From: an uncultured Candidatus Rokubacteria bacterium
GTDB taxonomy: Bacteria > Methylomirabilota > Methylomirabilia > Rokubacteriales > CSP1-6
Direction: 5' to 3'
NCBI GenBank assembly: GCA_963747235.1
Contig: CAVVEU010000040.1
Coordinates: forward strand, 448,001-512,000
Length of the DNA: 64,000 bases
Under the pieces are notes generated by a model. It did no database searches and was not told where the DNA came from. It saw only the letters and a program-made list of their open reading frames with translations. Shown piece after piece: positions 19,224 to 29,097 of this stretch; the first letter of the stretch is position 1; each line of letters starts with the position of its first letter. The position numbers and the translations under genes were made by a program.

Positions 19224-19940
19224 ATGCGCAGGCGACGGGGATGGGCGGGCCGGCTGCTCGCCCTCGTGCTGCTGGCGGCCGCGATCTGGATCGGCGTGGA
19301 GATCTGGCGATGGCCCGCGGTGGGACGGCTCGCCACCGAGCGCCCCACGACCACCGCGTTCATCGAGCGGTACCGCGCGCAGCAGCGCGCGACCGGCCGC
19401 CCGGCCCGCGTCGCCTGGACCTGGACGCCCTATGCCGCGATCTCGCCCGCGCTCAAGCGCGCGGTGCTGGTGGCGGAGGACATCGGCTTCTTCTCCCACC
19501 ACGGCTTCGCGCTCGCCGAGATGCAGAACGCCCTCGAGGACGCGCTGCGCGACCGCGAGCTGCCGCGCGGGGCATCCACCATCACCCAGCAGCTCGCCAA
19601 GAACCTCTGGCTCTCCCCGTCCCGCAACCCGCTGCGCAAGGGGAAGGAGGCGCTGCTGACCTGGCAGCTCGAGCGCGCGCTCTCCAAGCGGCGCATTCTC
19701 GAGCTCTATCTCAACGTGGTGGAGCTCGGGCCGGGCATCTACGGGGTGGGCGCGGCGAGCCAGCGCTACTTCGGCAAGGCGCCCGCCGATCTCGACGAGA
19801 GCGAGGCCGCGCTGCTCGCCGCCGCGCTGCCGAATCCGAGCGCGTGGCATCCCGGCGCGACCAGCGCGGCCTACCGACGCCACGTGGCGACCATCGAGCG
19901 GCGCATGAGCCGCGCCGCCTTCCTCCTCAAGCAGATCTAG
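19224..19940 (+). CDS. mtgA: Monofunctional peptidoglycan transglycosylase
   Basis: AEDIGFFSHHGF, RGASTITQQLAKNL, RKGKE, ILELYLN. Confidence 0.93.
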   Translation: MRRRRGWAGRLLALVLLAAAIWIGVEIWRWPAVGRLATERPTTTAFIERYRAQQRATGRPARVAWTWTPYAAISPALKRAVLVAEDIGFFSHHGFALAEMQNALEDALRDRELPRGASTITQQLAKNLWLSPSRNPLRKGKEALLTWQLERALSKRRILELYLNVVELGPGIYGVGAASQRYFGKAPADLDESEAALLAAALPNPSAWHPGATSAAYRRHVATIERRMSRAAFLLKQI

Positions 19941-20577
19941 AGGCAGCGTCGAGCAGGTCGGGGAGCGCGGTCAGGCGGTGGTCCGCCTCGCGGAAGTCCT
20001 GGTGGCGGGTGTGGGCGCAGGGCACCACCGCGCAGGCCATGCCCGCGGCCTTGGCCGCGAGCAGGCCGTTGCGCGAGTCCTCGATCACGAGGCAGCGGTC
20101 GGGCGCCACCGCGAGCCGCTCGGCCGCGGCCAGGAACACGTCGGGCGCGGGCTTGCCGCGCGCCACCTGGGTGCCGGAGACCACCGCCTCGAAGAGCGGG
20201 GCGAGCGCGAGCGCGGTGAGGTTGGCCTGGATCACCCGCACCTCCGCGGACGAGGCCAGGGCCATCCGGTATCCCGCCGCGCGCACCCGCTCCAGCACGT
20301 CGGGCACGCCGGGCATCGGAATCGGGCCGTCGCCGATCTGCGCGAGCATGCCGTCGATGTAGAAGCCGGCCAGCGTCTCCGCCGAGTCCGGCAGCGCGTG
20401 GCGGGCCTTCAGGATGCGGCACGACTCGAGCGTGGTGCGCCCGAGGAACTCCGCGTTCTCCTCCTCCGAGTACCCGAGCCCGTAGCGGGCCATCACCCGG
20501 CGCAGGGCCTCGAAGCCGAACGGCTCCGAGTCCACGAGCACGCCGTCCATGTCGAAGATGACGGCCTGGACCTTCAC
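19927..20577 (-). CDS. HAD-superfamily phosphatase (beta-PGM-like)
   Basis: FDMDGVLVDS, KPAPD, IEDS. Confidence 0.92.
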   Translation of the reverse strand: MKVQAVIFDMDGVLVDSEPFGFEALRRVMARYGLGYSEEENAEFLGRTTLESCRILKARHALPDSAETLAGFYIDGMLAQIGDGPIPMPGVPDVLERVRAAGYRMALASSAEVRVIQANLTALALAPLFEAVVSGTQVARGKPAPDVFLAAAERLAVAPDRCLVIEDSRNGLLAAKAAGMACAVVPCAHTRHQDFREADHRLTALPDLLDAASRSA

Positions 20578-21524
20578 CGGGCGAGCGCATGAGGGCGGCG
20601 CCTCCCGCGGCCGACGCCCAGGCCCGCCTCGTCGAGGAGGGCCGCGATCGCCTCACGCGCCGCGGGCGACGCGGGCACGAGCGGCGGCGCCGGGCGGCCA
20701 TTGCCCAGCCCCAGCATGGCGCACGCGGCCTTGAGCGCGGACAGCCACGGCCCCTGCTGGTAGATCCGCGCGAGCGCGGTGACCTGCCGCTGGAGCTCCG
20801 CGCACTCCGGCGCCGCGCCGCGGTCGGCGGCGGCCTGCAGGCGGACGAAGAGCGCGGGCGCGAGATTGGCCATGCCCGGCACCATGCCGTCGCCGCCCTG
20901 CAGCAGGCTCGCGGCGGCCAGCGACTCGTGGCCCTGCAGCACGCGGAAGTGCGGGCGCTCCCGCTTGATCGCGAGCAGCTTCTGGAAGGCCTCGAAGTCG
21001 CCCGCCGAGTCCTTGATGCCGAGCACGCGCGGATCCCGGGCCAGCCGGGCCACCGTGTCGGCGGGCAGCACGTGGTGCGTGCACTGGGGAATGTTGTAGA
21101 GCAGCGCGGGCAGCGGCGTGGCGGCCAGCACCGCTTCCACGTGACGCTCCTGCGCGGCGGGCTCCACCCCGAAGTAGTACGGCGAGCCGACCACGAGCGC
21201 GTCCGCCCCTTCGCCCGCGGCCTGGCGGGCGGCCTCGACCGCGGGCCCGGTGGCGGGCAGCATCACGCCGGCCAGCACCGGCGCGCGTCCGGCGGCCGCG
21301 CGCGCCGCCTCCCGCACCACGGCGCCACGCTGCGCGGTGGTGAGCCAGGCGCCCTCGCCGCAGCCACCCAGCATGAACAGGCCGGAGCAGCCGCCGCCGA
21401 TCACGTGGTCCACCAGCGCGGCCATGGCGCCCGCGTCCGGCGCGCCCGCGTCGTCCAGCGGCGAGATCAGGGGTGGAATGATGCCGTGAAGCTGCCGTGC
21501 CCAGTTCCAGTCGCGCTCGCTCAT
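20574..21524 (-). CDS. DHDPS/NAL family aldolase
   Basis: GIIPPLISP, GGCGEG, LYNIPQ, GIKDS. Confidence 0.9.
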   Translation of the reverse strand: MSERDWNWARQLHGIIPPLISPLDDAGAPDAGAMAALVDHVIGGGCSGLFMLGGCGEGAWLTTAQRGAVVREAARAAAGRAPVLAGVMLPATGPAVEAARQAAGEGADALVVGSPYYFGVEPAAQERHVEAVLAATPLPALLYNIPQCTHHVLPADTVARLARDPRVLGIKDSAGDFEAFQKLLAIKRERPHFRVLQGHESLAAASLLQGGDGMVPGMANLAPALFVRLQAAADRGAAPECAELQRQVTALARIYQQGPWLSALKAACAMLGLGNGRPAPPLVPASPAAREAIAALLDEAGLGVGRGRRRPHALAR

Positions 21525-21594
21525 ATCCGAGGAGCATAGCAGAGTGGCCTCGGCGGCCGCCCTGATGTAGGCTCTACCGGGAGGAGGACCCCTC

Positions 21595-22245
21595 ATGTTC
21601 GGTTTGAAGAAGCGTGGTTTGCCGTCGGCCGCCGAGGCGCTCCCCGGCCGCCAGGAGCGCATGCCGGTACCCGCCACCCACTTCGTGACCGGCGCCCGTC
21701 TCGAGCCGCCCTTCCCGGCGGGCACCGAGCGCGCCGTCTTCGGCATGGGCTGCTTCTGGGGCGAGGAGAAGAAGTTCTGGGGAATCCCGGGCGTCTACTC
21801 GACCTCCGTCGGCTACGCGGGCGGCCACACGCCGAACCCGACCTACGAAGAGGTCTGCAGCGGGGCGACCGGCCACACCGAGGCCGTGCAGGTCGTCTTC
21901 GATCCGGCCAAGGTGTCCTACGAGTCCCTGCTGCGCGTCTTCTGGGAGGGCCACGATCCGACGCAGGGCATGCGCCAGGGCAACGACGTGGGGACCCAGT
22001 ACCGCTCGGCCATCTACTGCTACGGGCCCGCCCAGCAGGAAGCGGCGGAGGCCTCGCGCAAGGCGTACCAGGCGGTGCTCGAGAAGGCGGGCTACGGTCC
22101 GATCACGACCGAGATCCGCCAGGCCCCCGAGTACTACTACGCCGAGGACTATCACCAGCAGTACCTGGCCAAGAATCCGTGGGGCTACTGCGGCGTCGGC
22201 GGCACCGGCGTCGCCTGTCCGACGGGTCTCGTGCAGTCCACCTGA
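21595..22245 (+). CDS. msrA: Peptide methionine-S-sulfoxide reductase
   Basis: [37 protein letters not shown]. Confidence 0.96.
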   Translation: MFGLKKRGLPSAAEALPGRQERMPVPATHFVTGARLEPPFPAGTERAVFGMGCFWGEEKKFWGIPGVYSTSVGYAGGHTPNPTYEEVCSGATGHTEAVQVVFDPAKVSYESLLRVFWEGHDPTQGMRQGNDVGTQYRSAIYCYGPAQQEAAEASRKAYQAVLEKAGYGPITTEIRQAPEYYYAEDYHQQYLAKNPWGYCGVGGTGVACPTGLVQST

Positions 22246-22265
22246 GGCGCCCGCCCGCCCCACTC

Positions 22266-23477
22266 GTGACCGACGACTCCCTGCCGCTGCACGGCCTGCT
22301 GGTCGTGGATCTGACCCGCGTGCTCGCCGGCCCCTACTGCACGCGCCTGCTCTCGGATCTGGGCGCCCGCGTCATCAAGATCGAGCGCCCGATCGAGGGT
22401 GACGAGATGCGCCACAACCCGCATCAGATCGAGGCCGGGCGCGACGACCAGTCCACCTACTTCGCGCGCGTGAACGCGGGCAAGGAGAGCGTGGCGGTGG
22501 ACCTGAGCCGGCCCGACGGGCGCGACGTGGTGCTCGGGCTCGCGGGCCACGCGGACGTGTTCATCGAGAACTTCGCGCCCGGCGTGGCCGGCAAGCTCGG
22601 CCTGGCGTACGAGGCGGTCCGCGCCGCCAAGCCCGACATCGTCTACTGCTCGATCTCGGGCTTCGGCCAGACCGGGCCGTGGCGCGAGCGCCCCGCCTTC
22701 GCCCACATCATCAACGCCGCCTCCGGCATGATGGCGCTCGAGCAGGGCGACGAGGCCGCCCCGCGGGCCTCGAATCTCCAGGCCGCGGACGTCCTGGCGG
22801 CCGCCCACGCGATGGGCGCGATCATGGCCGCGCTCTGGCGGCGGGCCCGGACCGGGCAGGGCGCGCACCTCGACGTCTCGATGCTGGAAGCGCTGGTCGG
22901 CGCCGACAGCGTCACCTACGCCTCGGTGCTGAACGGCGGCGAGGAGCACGGCAATCCGCGGCCGGGCATGATCGTGCACAAGCTCGGCGATCGCTACATG
23001 GCGATGCAGATCGTGGGGGCGCCGCGGCTCTGGCAGCGGCTGCTCGGGCTCATGAAGCGGCCGGAGCTGGCCGAGGATCCGCGCTTCACCACCGCGCTCA
23101 CGCGCCGGCGGCACTGGCGCGACCTGCGCTCGGTCATCACCGGGTGGCTCGACACGTTCCCCAGCGCGGACGCGGCGCTCGCGGTGCTCACCGCCGCGCG
23201 CATCCCCTGCGCCCCGGTGCTGCGACCGGCCGAGGTCATCGCCACCGAGCACCTGGCCACGCGGGGCTTCTTCCCGGTGCTGCCGCATCCGGGCCTGCCC
23301 TCGCTGCGCGTGACCGCCAGCCCGTATCACCTGGACGGACGCCCCACCCACCCCCGGGGCCCGGCCGCCTATCACGTGGGCCAGCACACGCGCGCCGTGC
23401 TCCGCGACGTGCTCGGCTACAAGGACGAGCGGATCGCGGAGCTCATCGCGGCGGGCACCGTCGAGGGCCCGGCGTGA
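22266..23477 (+). CDS. Family III CoA-transferase, paralog of 9353-10558
   Basis: Same CaiB/BaiF motifs; GTG 22266. Confidence 0.92.
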   Translation: MTDDSLPLHGLLVVDLTRVLAGPYCTRLLSDLGARVIKIERPIEGDEMRHNPHQIEAGRDDQSTYFARVNAGKESVAVDLSRPDGRDVVLGLAGHADVFIENFAPGVAGKLGLAYEAVRAAKPDIVYCSISGFGQTGPWRERPAFAHIINAASGMMALEQGDEAAPRASNLQAADVLAAAHAMGAIMAALWRRARTGQGAHLDVSMLEALVGADSVTYASVLNGGEEHGNPRPGMIVHKLGDRYMAMQIVGAPRLWQRLLGLMKRPELAEDPRFTTALTRRRHWRDLRSVITGWLDTFPSADAALAVLTAARIPCAPVLRPAEVIATEHLATRGFFPVLPHPGLPSLRVTASPYHLDGRPTHPRGPAAYHVGQHTRAVLRDVLGYKDERIAELIAAGTVEGPA

Positions 23478-23490
23478 GCTACCGGCGCAC

Positions 23491-23797
23491 ATGAACTACC
23501 GAGAAGAAGCGCTCCAGCGGACCGAGAAGGAGATCATCGCGGAGAAGGCGGCCACGCTCGGCCGCGCGGGCGAGCGCCTGGAGGCCGCCCTGCGCCTGGC
23601 CGCCGCAGCTGCACGACGCGATGCGAGAAGCACCCGAGGGCGACGCGCGGGAGCTCGCGCGCGAGCGGTACCGCCAGGCCCGGACGCGAGCTCTCGAGGC
23701 GCGCCGCATCCTGATCATCCAGCGTGAGGCGATCGGCCTCCGCAATCACCGCCTCGTGGATCAGCAATTCCCGGAGCCGCCCCGCCTCGACGTCTGA
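23491..23797 (+). CDS. Small helical protein, DUF6665-like; one frameshift near 23605
   Basis: EKAATLGRAGERLEAAL then in the shifted frame LIIQREAIGLRNHRLVDQQFPEPP*. Confidence 0.65.
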
Positions 23798-23891
23798 TCG
23801 AGCAGAAATTTCCCGGTTGTCTCTGGGACTGACGCAATTCTCTTGACGCGACCACCGACCTAACACCCTGATTCTCCGACCCGTTCGTCCA

Positions 23892-23906
23892 TGGCCTGCC
23901 TCTTGC
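23892..23906 (+). promoter_or_regulatory. sigma54 -24/-12 promoter
   Basis: TGGCCT-GCCTC-TTGC. Confidence 0.55.
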
Positions 23907-23936
23907 TCCTCTGAGCGTCCGCGGAAGGAGCCTGCC

Positions 23937-24287
23937 ATGACCCGGGCCATCGTTCTGACGTGCACCGTTTTGCTATGCAGTGGATTTACATGGCCGCCCG
24001 ACTACGCCGAGCAGTCGCAGGCGGACGTGACCACGTGCGTGAGCTACGCGCAGCGAACCTCCCCCACCTTCGAGGCGCGAGTGCGCGGGGTGGACCTCCA
24101 GACCGGTCACGTGGACATCGAGCGCGCCGCCATCGACGACGCGCGAGGCGAGCGCGCGTTCTCGCGCTGCCTGCTCGCGGTGCGCCAGTGGCGTCTGATC
24201 GAGCGCAACCTGCCGAAGCCCGGCGAGCCTGGCGAGCCCGATCCGGCCACGATGGCCGGCGGAGGGCCCGATTCGCTGACCCGGTAG
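23937..24287 (+). CDS. Small secreted hypothetical protein
   Basis: AAGGAG RBS; hydrophobic N-terminus; two Cys in the mature part. Confidence 0.65.
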   Translation: MTRAIVLTCTVLLCSGFTWPPDYAEQSQADVTTCVSYAQRTSPTFEARVRGVDLQTGHVDIERAAIDDARGERAFSRCLLAVRQWRLIERNLPKPGEPGEPDPATMAGGGPDSLTR

Positions 24288-24332
24288 GACAATCTCGGGG
24301 ACCCGCTGGCAGGGCGTGGTAGGCTCCCGCCC

Positions 24333-25254
24333 ATGAAGCTCGGGATCTGCCTGCCCCACTACGGACGTCCCATCGAGCCCTCGCGGCTCGCCCAGATCGC
24401 CGCCCGCGCCGAGGAGATGAGCCTCGACTCGATCTGGGTGACCGACCACGTCATCGTGCCGCGCGACGTGCCGCTGATCTATCGCAGCGACATGCTGGAC
24501 CCGCTCGCGATGCTGCCCTGGCTGGCCGGCGTCACCGAGCGCATCGCGCTCGGCACCAGCGTGATCGTCCTGCCCTACCGATCGCCCCTGCCCGTGGCCA
24601 AGCTCCTCGCCAGCGTGGACGTGCTCTCCGGCGGCCGCCTCATCGTCGGCGTCGCGGTCGGCTGGGTCGAAGGCGAATTCGACGCCCTCAACATCCCCTT
24701 CCGCGAGCGCGGCCGCCGCACCGACGAAGCCATCGAGCTCTTCCGCACGGTGTGGACCCAGGAATACCCCGAGATCAAAACCGCGAACCACACCCTGACC
24801 AACGTGAAGGCCTCACCGATGCCGCTCCAGAAACCGCGTCCCCCGATCCTGGTGGGTGGCGCCTCAGAGGCGGCCCTCCGCCGCGTCGCTCGGCTGGGCG
24901 ACGGCTGGCACGCCTCCGGCATGCCACCCGTCAACGTTCCGCGCCAGCGCCCTCGCCGTCGGAAACCTCTGGAAAGAAGCCAAGCGCGAAGGCGAGCCGC
25001 ATCTGAGCCTGCGCATCCCGATCCTGATCGACGGAGTCCATCAAGCCGCGGTCGACACCGCCCTGCTCGGCACGCGCCACGTCCTCCGCGGCCCACTTCA
25101 AAACATCGTCCGCGAGCTCCGCCAGTACCAAACCGCGGGCTGCGAGCACGTCGCGCTAGAAGTCAGCTACAGCACCTACCCCGCGATACTAGAAACGATC
25201 GACATCATCGCCGAGGAAATCCGCCCAGCCCTCGAACAGCAGCGCGAACGCTAG
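24333..25254 (+). CDS. LLM-class (probably F420-dependent) oxidoreductase; +1 frameshift near 24930
   Basis: WVTDH, LDPL, ALGTSV, LSGGRL, GVAVGW, ARLGDGW; C-terminus lies in ORF 24856-25254. Confidence 0.88.
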
Positions 25255-25277
25255 GGAATCAAGAGACCACACGGGAA

Positions 25278-25453
25278 GGCGGCCGCCAGCCGGGCGGGGG
25301 TGGGGGGCATGGGGGTCGGTTCACCCGTTCCCCGCCAAGGCAAGCCAGGAAGCTCCCCAACCCGGATTGGGAACTCCTCCCCGCGGCAAGACGAAACAAC
25401 GTGTCGTGGTGAGAGACCCCCTGCCCCCCACCCCCGCCCGGCTGGCGGCCGCC
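25278..25453. repeat. 176-bp MITE/REPIN-like element with about 40-bp inverted arms between convergent genes
   Basis: Left GGCGGCCGCCAGCCGGGCGGGGGTGGGGGGCATGGGGGTC; the right arm is its reverse complement apart from one base. Confidence 0.85.
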
Positions 25454-25456
25454 GCT

Positions 25457-26542
25457 TCACGCGCGCAGCTTCTCCAGTCCCTTCCAGTCAAACTCAATGC
25501 CGTGGCCGAGGCGATCTGGCGCGATGGCGCGACCGTCTTCGATGCGGAGTGGGTTGGCGATGTAGCGGTCGAGCCCGAAGCCGTGCGCTTCGAGGTAGGA
25601 GCGGTTCGGGACGGCGCCGAGCAGGTGGACCGTGACGTCGTGAGCGCCGTGTGAGGTCACCGGGAGGTTGAAGGCCTCCGCGAGGTGGCAGATCTTCATG
25701 AATGACGTGATGCCGCCGCAGTTGGTGACGTCGGGCTCGGGGAAGGTCACGCCACCGGCCGCGATGAGCGCGCGGAACTCGTAGAGCGTGTGGAGGTTCT
25801 CGCCCGCCGCGATGGGCAGGCCCCCCTCGCGGACGATGCGGGCGTGGCCCGGGATGTCGTCGGGGATGGTCGGCTCCTCGAGCCAGACCGGGTTGAGGTC
25901 CTGGAGCGCGCGCGCCGCGCGGATGGCGTCGTCCACGCTCCAGCGCATGTTGGCGTCCACCATCAAGGGAAACTCAGGGCCCAGATGTCCGCGCATGGCG
26001 CGGACGCGCTCGACGTCCTCGCGGAGCGAGGGGCGGCCCACCTTCATCTTGATCGCGCGGAAGCCGCGGGCCAGGTTGTCGTCGGTCTGGCGCAGCAGGG
26101 CGTCGAGCGGGAACTCGAGGTCGATGCCGCCCGCGTAGCAGGGCACGCGCGGGTCGAAGCCGCCCAGCACGCGCCAGAGCGGGGCGCCCTGCCGCCGCGC
26201 GCGCAGGTCCCACAGGGCGATGTCCACCGCCGACATCGCGAAGCCCTGCGCGCCGCCGCGGCCGCCGTAGTGGAGCGCCCACCACATGGCCTGCCACAGC
26301 TCCTCGATACGCTCGGCATCGCGACCGGCCAGGCGGGGCGCCAGGTCCCGCGCGAGGATCGCGTGCACCGCGGCGCCGCCGGTGCCCACCGTGTACGTGT
26401 AGCCGACGCCCTCGGCGCCGTCCTCGTCGCGCAGGCGCACCGTGATCAGCTCGAAGCCCTCGATCACGCCGTGGGTGCTGTCGGAGAGCGCGACCGGCAG
26501 CGGGATGCGGTAGTGGTCGGCCCGCACCTCCTGGAGCCGCAT
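25457..26542 (-). CDS. Mandelate racemase/muconate lactonizing enzyme (enolase superfamily), probable acid-sugar dehydratase
   Basis: SAVDIALWDL, KMKVG, MVDAN, WLEEP, AGEN. Confidence 0.92.
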   Translation of the reverse strand: MRLQEVRADHYRIPLPVALSDSTHGVIEGFELITVRLRDEDGAEGVGYTYTVGTGGAAVHAILARDLAPRLAGRDAERIEELWQAMWWALHYGGRGGAQGFAMSAVDIALWDLRARRQGAPLWRVLGGFDPRVPCYAGGIDLEFPLDALLRQTDDNLARGFRAIKMKVGRPSLREDVERVRAMRGHLGPEFPLMVDANMRWSVDDAIRAARALQDLNPVWLEEPTIPDDIPGHARIVREGGLPIAAGENLHTLYEFRALIAAGGVTFPEPDVTNCGGITSFMKICHLAEAFNLPVTSHGAHDVTVHLLGAVPNRSYLEAHGFGLDRYIANPLRIEDGRAIAPDRLGHGIEFDWKGLEKLRA

Positions 26543-27522
26543 CAGGTCCCCAGCGCCGCGCGCTCGGCCTTCCGCGGCCGCCACGCGCCCATGAGGCTCC
26601 CGACGATACCCTTGGGCAGGAACACGATGAAGAGCACGAGCAGGACCCCGTAGACGAGGTTGTCCCAGCCCACCGCGCGGGTGCCGAACGAGATGCGCAG
26701 CACCTCGGCGAGGAGAATGGTGATGACCGCCCCCACGGTGGGCCCGAGCGAGACGTAGATGCCGCCCACCACGACCGCGAACACCATCTGCAACGAGATG
26801 GAGATGCCGCTCACGGTGTCCGGCGAGATGAACATCTGGTACTGGCAGTAGAGCGCGCCCGCCAGCGCGGTCATCATGGCGCTCAGGACCGTGATCTTGA
26901 GCTTCTCCGCGGTGACGTGCACCCCCGCCGCCGCGGCGCCGTCCTCGTCCTCCGAGATCGCCTCGAGCGCGTAGCGCATCATGCTGCGGTCCACCCGGTA
27001 CCATACGTACAGCCCCGCCCCCCAGACCGCGAGCGCGATGAGATACCAGGTGGTCTTGCCGGTGAACTGCAGGGCGTAGAGCGAGCTGCCCCCCTGGTGC
27101 CGCGTCGGGGTGTAGCCGAGCGAGCCCCCGGTGTGATCGCGCGTGGCCGTGATCACCTGCAGCACGATGCCGGACAGCGCGAGGGTGACCAGCGCGAAGT
27201 AGTGGCCGGTGATACGGAAGCGGAAGCACGGGTAGGCCACCAGCAGCGCCAGGATGCCTCCCGCCAGCAGGGCGAGCGGGATGCCGATCCAGGGCGTGAG
27301 GCCCGCGTGGTTCCACGCCAGCGCCGTCACGTACGCTCCGATGCCCATGAACCCGCCGTGGCCGAGAGAGACCAGACCGAAGCGCCCCATGACCGACCAG
27401 GACGTGTAGGCGAACGACCACAGCAGGATGACGACCATGATGTGGAGATGGTAGGGCTGCTGGTAGACGAACGGCAGAACGACCAGCCCCGCCCCCGCGA
27501 TCCAGCCCAGGTAGCGGGTCAT
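26542..27522 (-). CDS. livM: Branched-chain amino acid ABC permease
   Basis: VSLGHGGFMGIGAY, GHYFALVTL, AISEDEDGA. Confidence 0.88.
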   Translation of the reverse strand: MTRYLGWIAGAGLVVLPFVYQQPYHLHIMVVILLWSFAYTSWSVMGRFGLVSLGHGGFMGIGAYVTALAWNHAGLTPWIGIPLALLAGGILALLVAYPCFRFRITGHYFALVTLALSGIVLQVITATRDHTGGSLGYTPTRHQGGSSLYALQFTGKTTWYLIALAVWGAGLYVWYRVDRSMMRYALEAISEDEDGAAAAGVHVTAEKLKITVLSAMMTALAGALYCQYQMFISPDTVSGISISLQMVFAVVVGGIYVSLGPTVGAVITILLAEVLRISFGTRAVGWDNLVYGVLLVLFIVFLPKGIVGSLMGAWRPRKAERAALGT

Positions 27523-28388
27523 GACCGGCGGGCCATCAGGCCCTCGGGCCGCACGAACATCATCACGATGAAGAACACGAAGGCGAACACGTAGCCCCAT
27601 TCGAGATCGAGGTAGAGCCCGCCGAGAGAGATCAGCTCCGCGAAGACGAAGGCGGCCGCGAAGCCGCCCACGAAGTTGCCGAGGCCACCGAGCACGCAGA
27701 TCAGGAAGGTGATCGGCCCGAACGACAATCCCACGAACGGATGCACGTCGTACTGGAGCACGAGCAGGCAGGACGCGAGCCCGGCGAGCCCTCCGCCCAG
27801 CGCGGAGGTGATGAGGTAGATCCGTCGCGTATCCACGCCCATCAGCACCATGATCTGCCGGTCCTGGGCGATGGCGCGGATGGCCGCGCCGGTATACGTG
27901 CGGGTCAGGAGCAGGTAGACGAGCACCATCCCGATCAGGGCCGCCGCGAAGGCGAGCAGCCGGGAATAGCTGATGAACATGCCGGCCAGCTTCAGCACCG
28001 GCAGGCGCAGGCCCAGGTTGCGGAACTCGATGCTGAACAGCACGGTCGCGGCCGACTGCAGGAAGAACAGGACCCCGCCGGTGGCCAGGAGCTGATTGAT
28101 CGGCGCCGCGCCGAGCAGCGGCGCGATCACGAGCACGTGGAGCATCACCCCCAGGAGACCCACCCCCACGATGCAGACCACCGCCGCGGCGAGGATCGGC
28201 CAGTGATACACCGTGTAGAGGAAGTACATCCCGTACATGCCGAACATGATCAGCTCGGCGTAGCAGATCCAGACCACGTCGATGACACCGAAGACCAGGT
28301 TGAGCCCGAGCGACAGCAGCGCGAGCACGCCGCCCAGCAGCACGCCGTTGATGAGGGCCTCCAGCAGGAAGACGTCGAAGATGGCCAT
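27519..28388 (-). CDS. livH: Branched-chain amino acid ABC permease
   Basis: SLGLNLVFGV, AIRAIAQD, VLGGLG. Confidence 0.88.
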   Translation of the reverse strand: MAIFDVFLLEALINGVLLGGVLALLSLGLNLVFGVIDVVWICYAELIMFGMYGMYFLYTVYHWPILAAAVVCIVGVGLLGVMLHVLVIAPLLGAAPINQLLATGGVLFFLQSAATVLFSIEFRNLGLRLPVLKLAGMFISYSRLLAFAAALIGMVLVYLLLTRTYTGAAIRAIAQDRQIMVLMGVDTRRIYLITSALGGGLAGLASCLLVLQYDVHPFVGLSFGPITFLICVLGGLGNFVGGFAAAFVFAELISLGGLYLDLEWGYVFAFVFFIVMMFVRPEGLMARRS

Positions 28389-28389
28389 G

Positions 28390-29094
28390 TCAGACTCCCA
28401 GGTAGGCCTCGCGGAGCGTGTCGCTCGACAGCAGCTCGGACGCGGGGCCGGCCGCGCGAATGCTCCCCGCCTTCAGCAGGTACGCCCGGTCCACCACCCG
28501 GAGCACCTGCCGCACGTTCTGCTCGACGATCAGCACGTTCAGGCCGCCGGCCCGGATCCGCTTCACGAGGTCGAACACCTGCTCCACGATGACGGGCGCC
28601 AGGCCCGCGGACGGCTCGTCCAGCAGGAGGAGCTTCGGATCCGACATCAGGGCGCGGCCGATCGCGCACATCTGCTGCTCCCCGCCCGACATGGTGCCCG
28701 CGAGCTGGCGACGGCGCTCGCGCATTCGCGGGAACAGGTCGTACACGAAATCGAGGCGCTCCCGGTACTTGGCCCGCGCCGACGGCAGGAAGCCACCCAT
28801 CTTGAGGTTGTCCTCCACGGTCATCCGCGGGAAGAGGCGCCGGCTCTCCGGCACGTGCGCGATGCCCACCGCCACGATGCGGTGCGCGGGCGTCGCGACC
28901 AGGTCCACCCCTTCCATGGCGATGGAGCCGGCGGTGGGCCGGATCAGCCCCGAGATCACCCGCAGGAGCGTGGTCTTGCCCGCTCCGTTGGGACCGATCA
29001 CCCCGACCGCTTCCCCGTGGCGGACCTCGAGCGAGACGTCGAACAGGGCCTGGAATCCGCCGTACCCCGCGCGGACCGATCGGAGCTCGAGCAT
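28390..29094 (-). CDS. livF: Branched-chain amino acid ABC ATPase
   Basis: GPNGAGKTT, MSGGEQQM, LLLDEP, VEQN. Confidence 0.92.
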   Translation of the reverse strand: MLELRSVRAGYGGFQALFDVSLEVRHGEAVGVIGPNGAGKTTLLRVISGLIRPTAGSIAMEGVDLVATPAHRIVAVGIAHVPESRRLFPRMTVEDNLKMGGFLPSARAKYRERLDFVYDLFPRMRERRRQLAGTMSGGEQQMCAIGRALMSDPKLLLLDEPSAGLAPVIVEQVFDLVKRIRAGGLNVLIVEQNVRQVLRVVDRAYLLKAGSIRAAGPASELLSSDTLREAYLGV

Positions 29095-29097
29095 GGA

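Noticed and set aside
24660-25453. A-enriched gene end beside a hairpin as a diversity-generating retroelement target
   Set aside because: No reverse transcriptase or template repeat in the window, and the shift is toward A at synonymous sites rather than away from A
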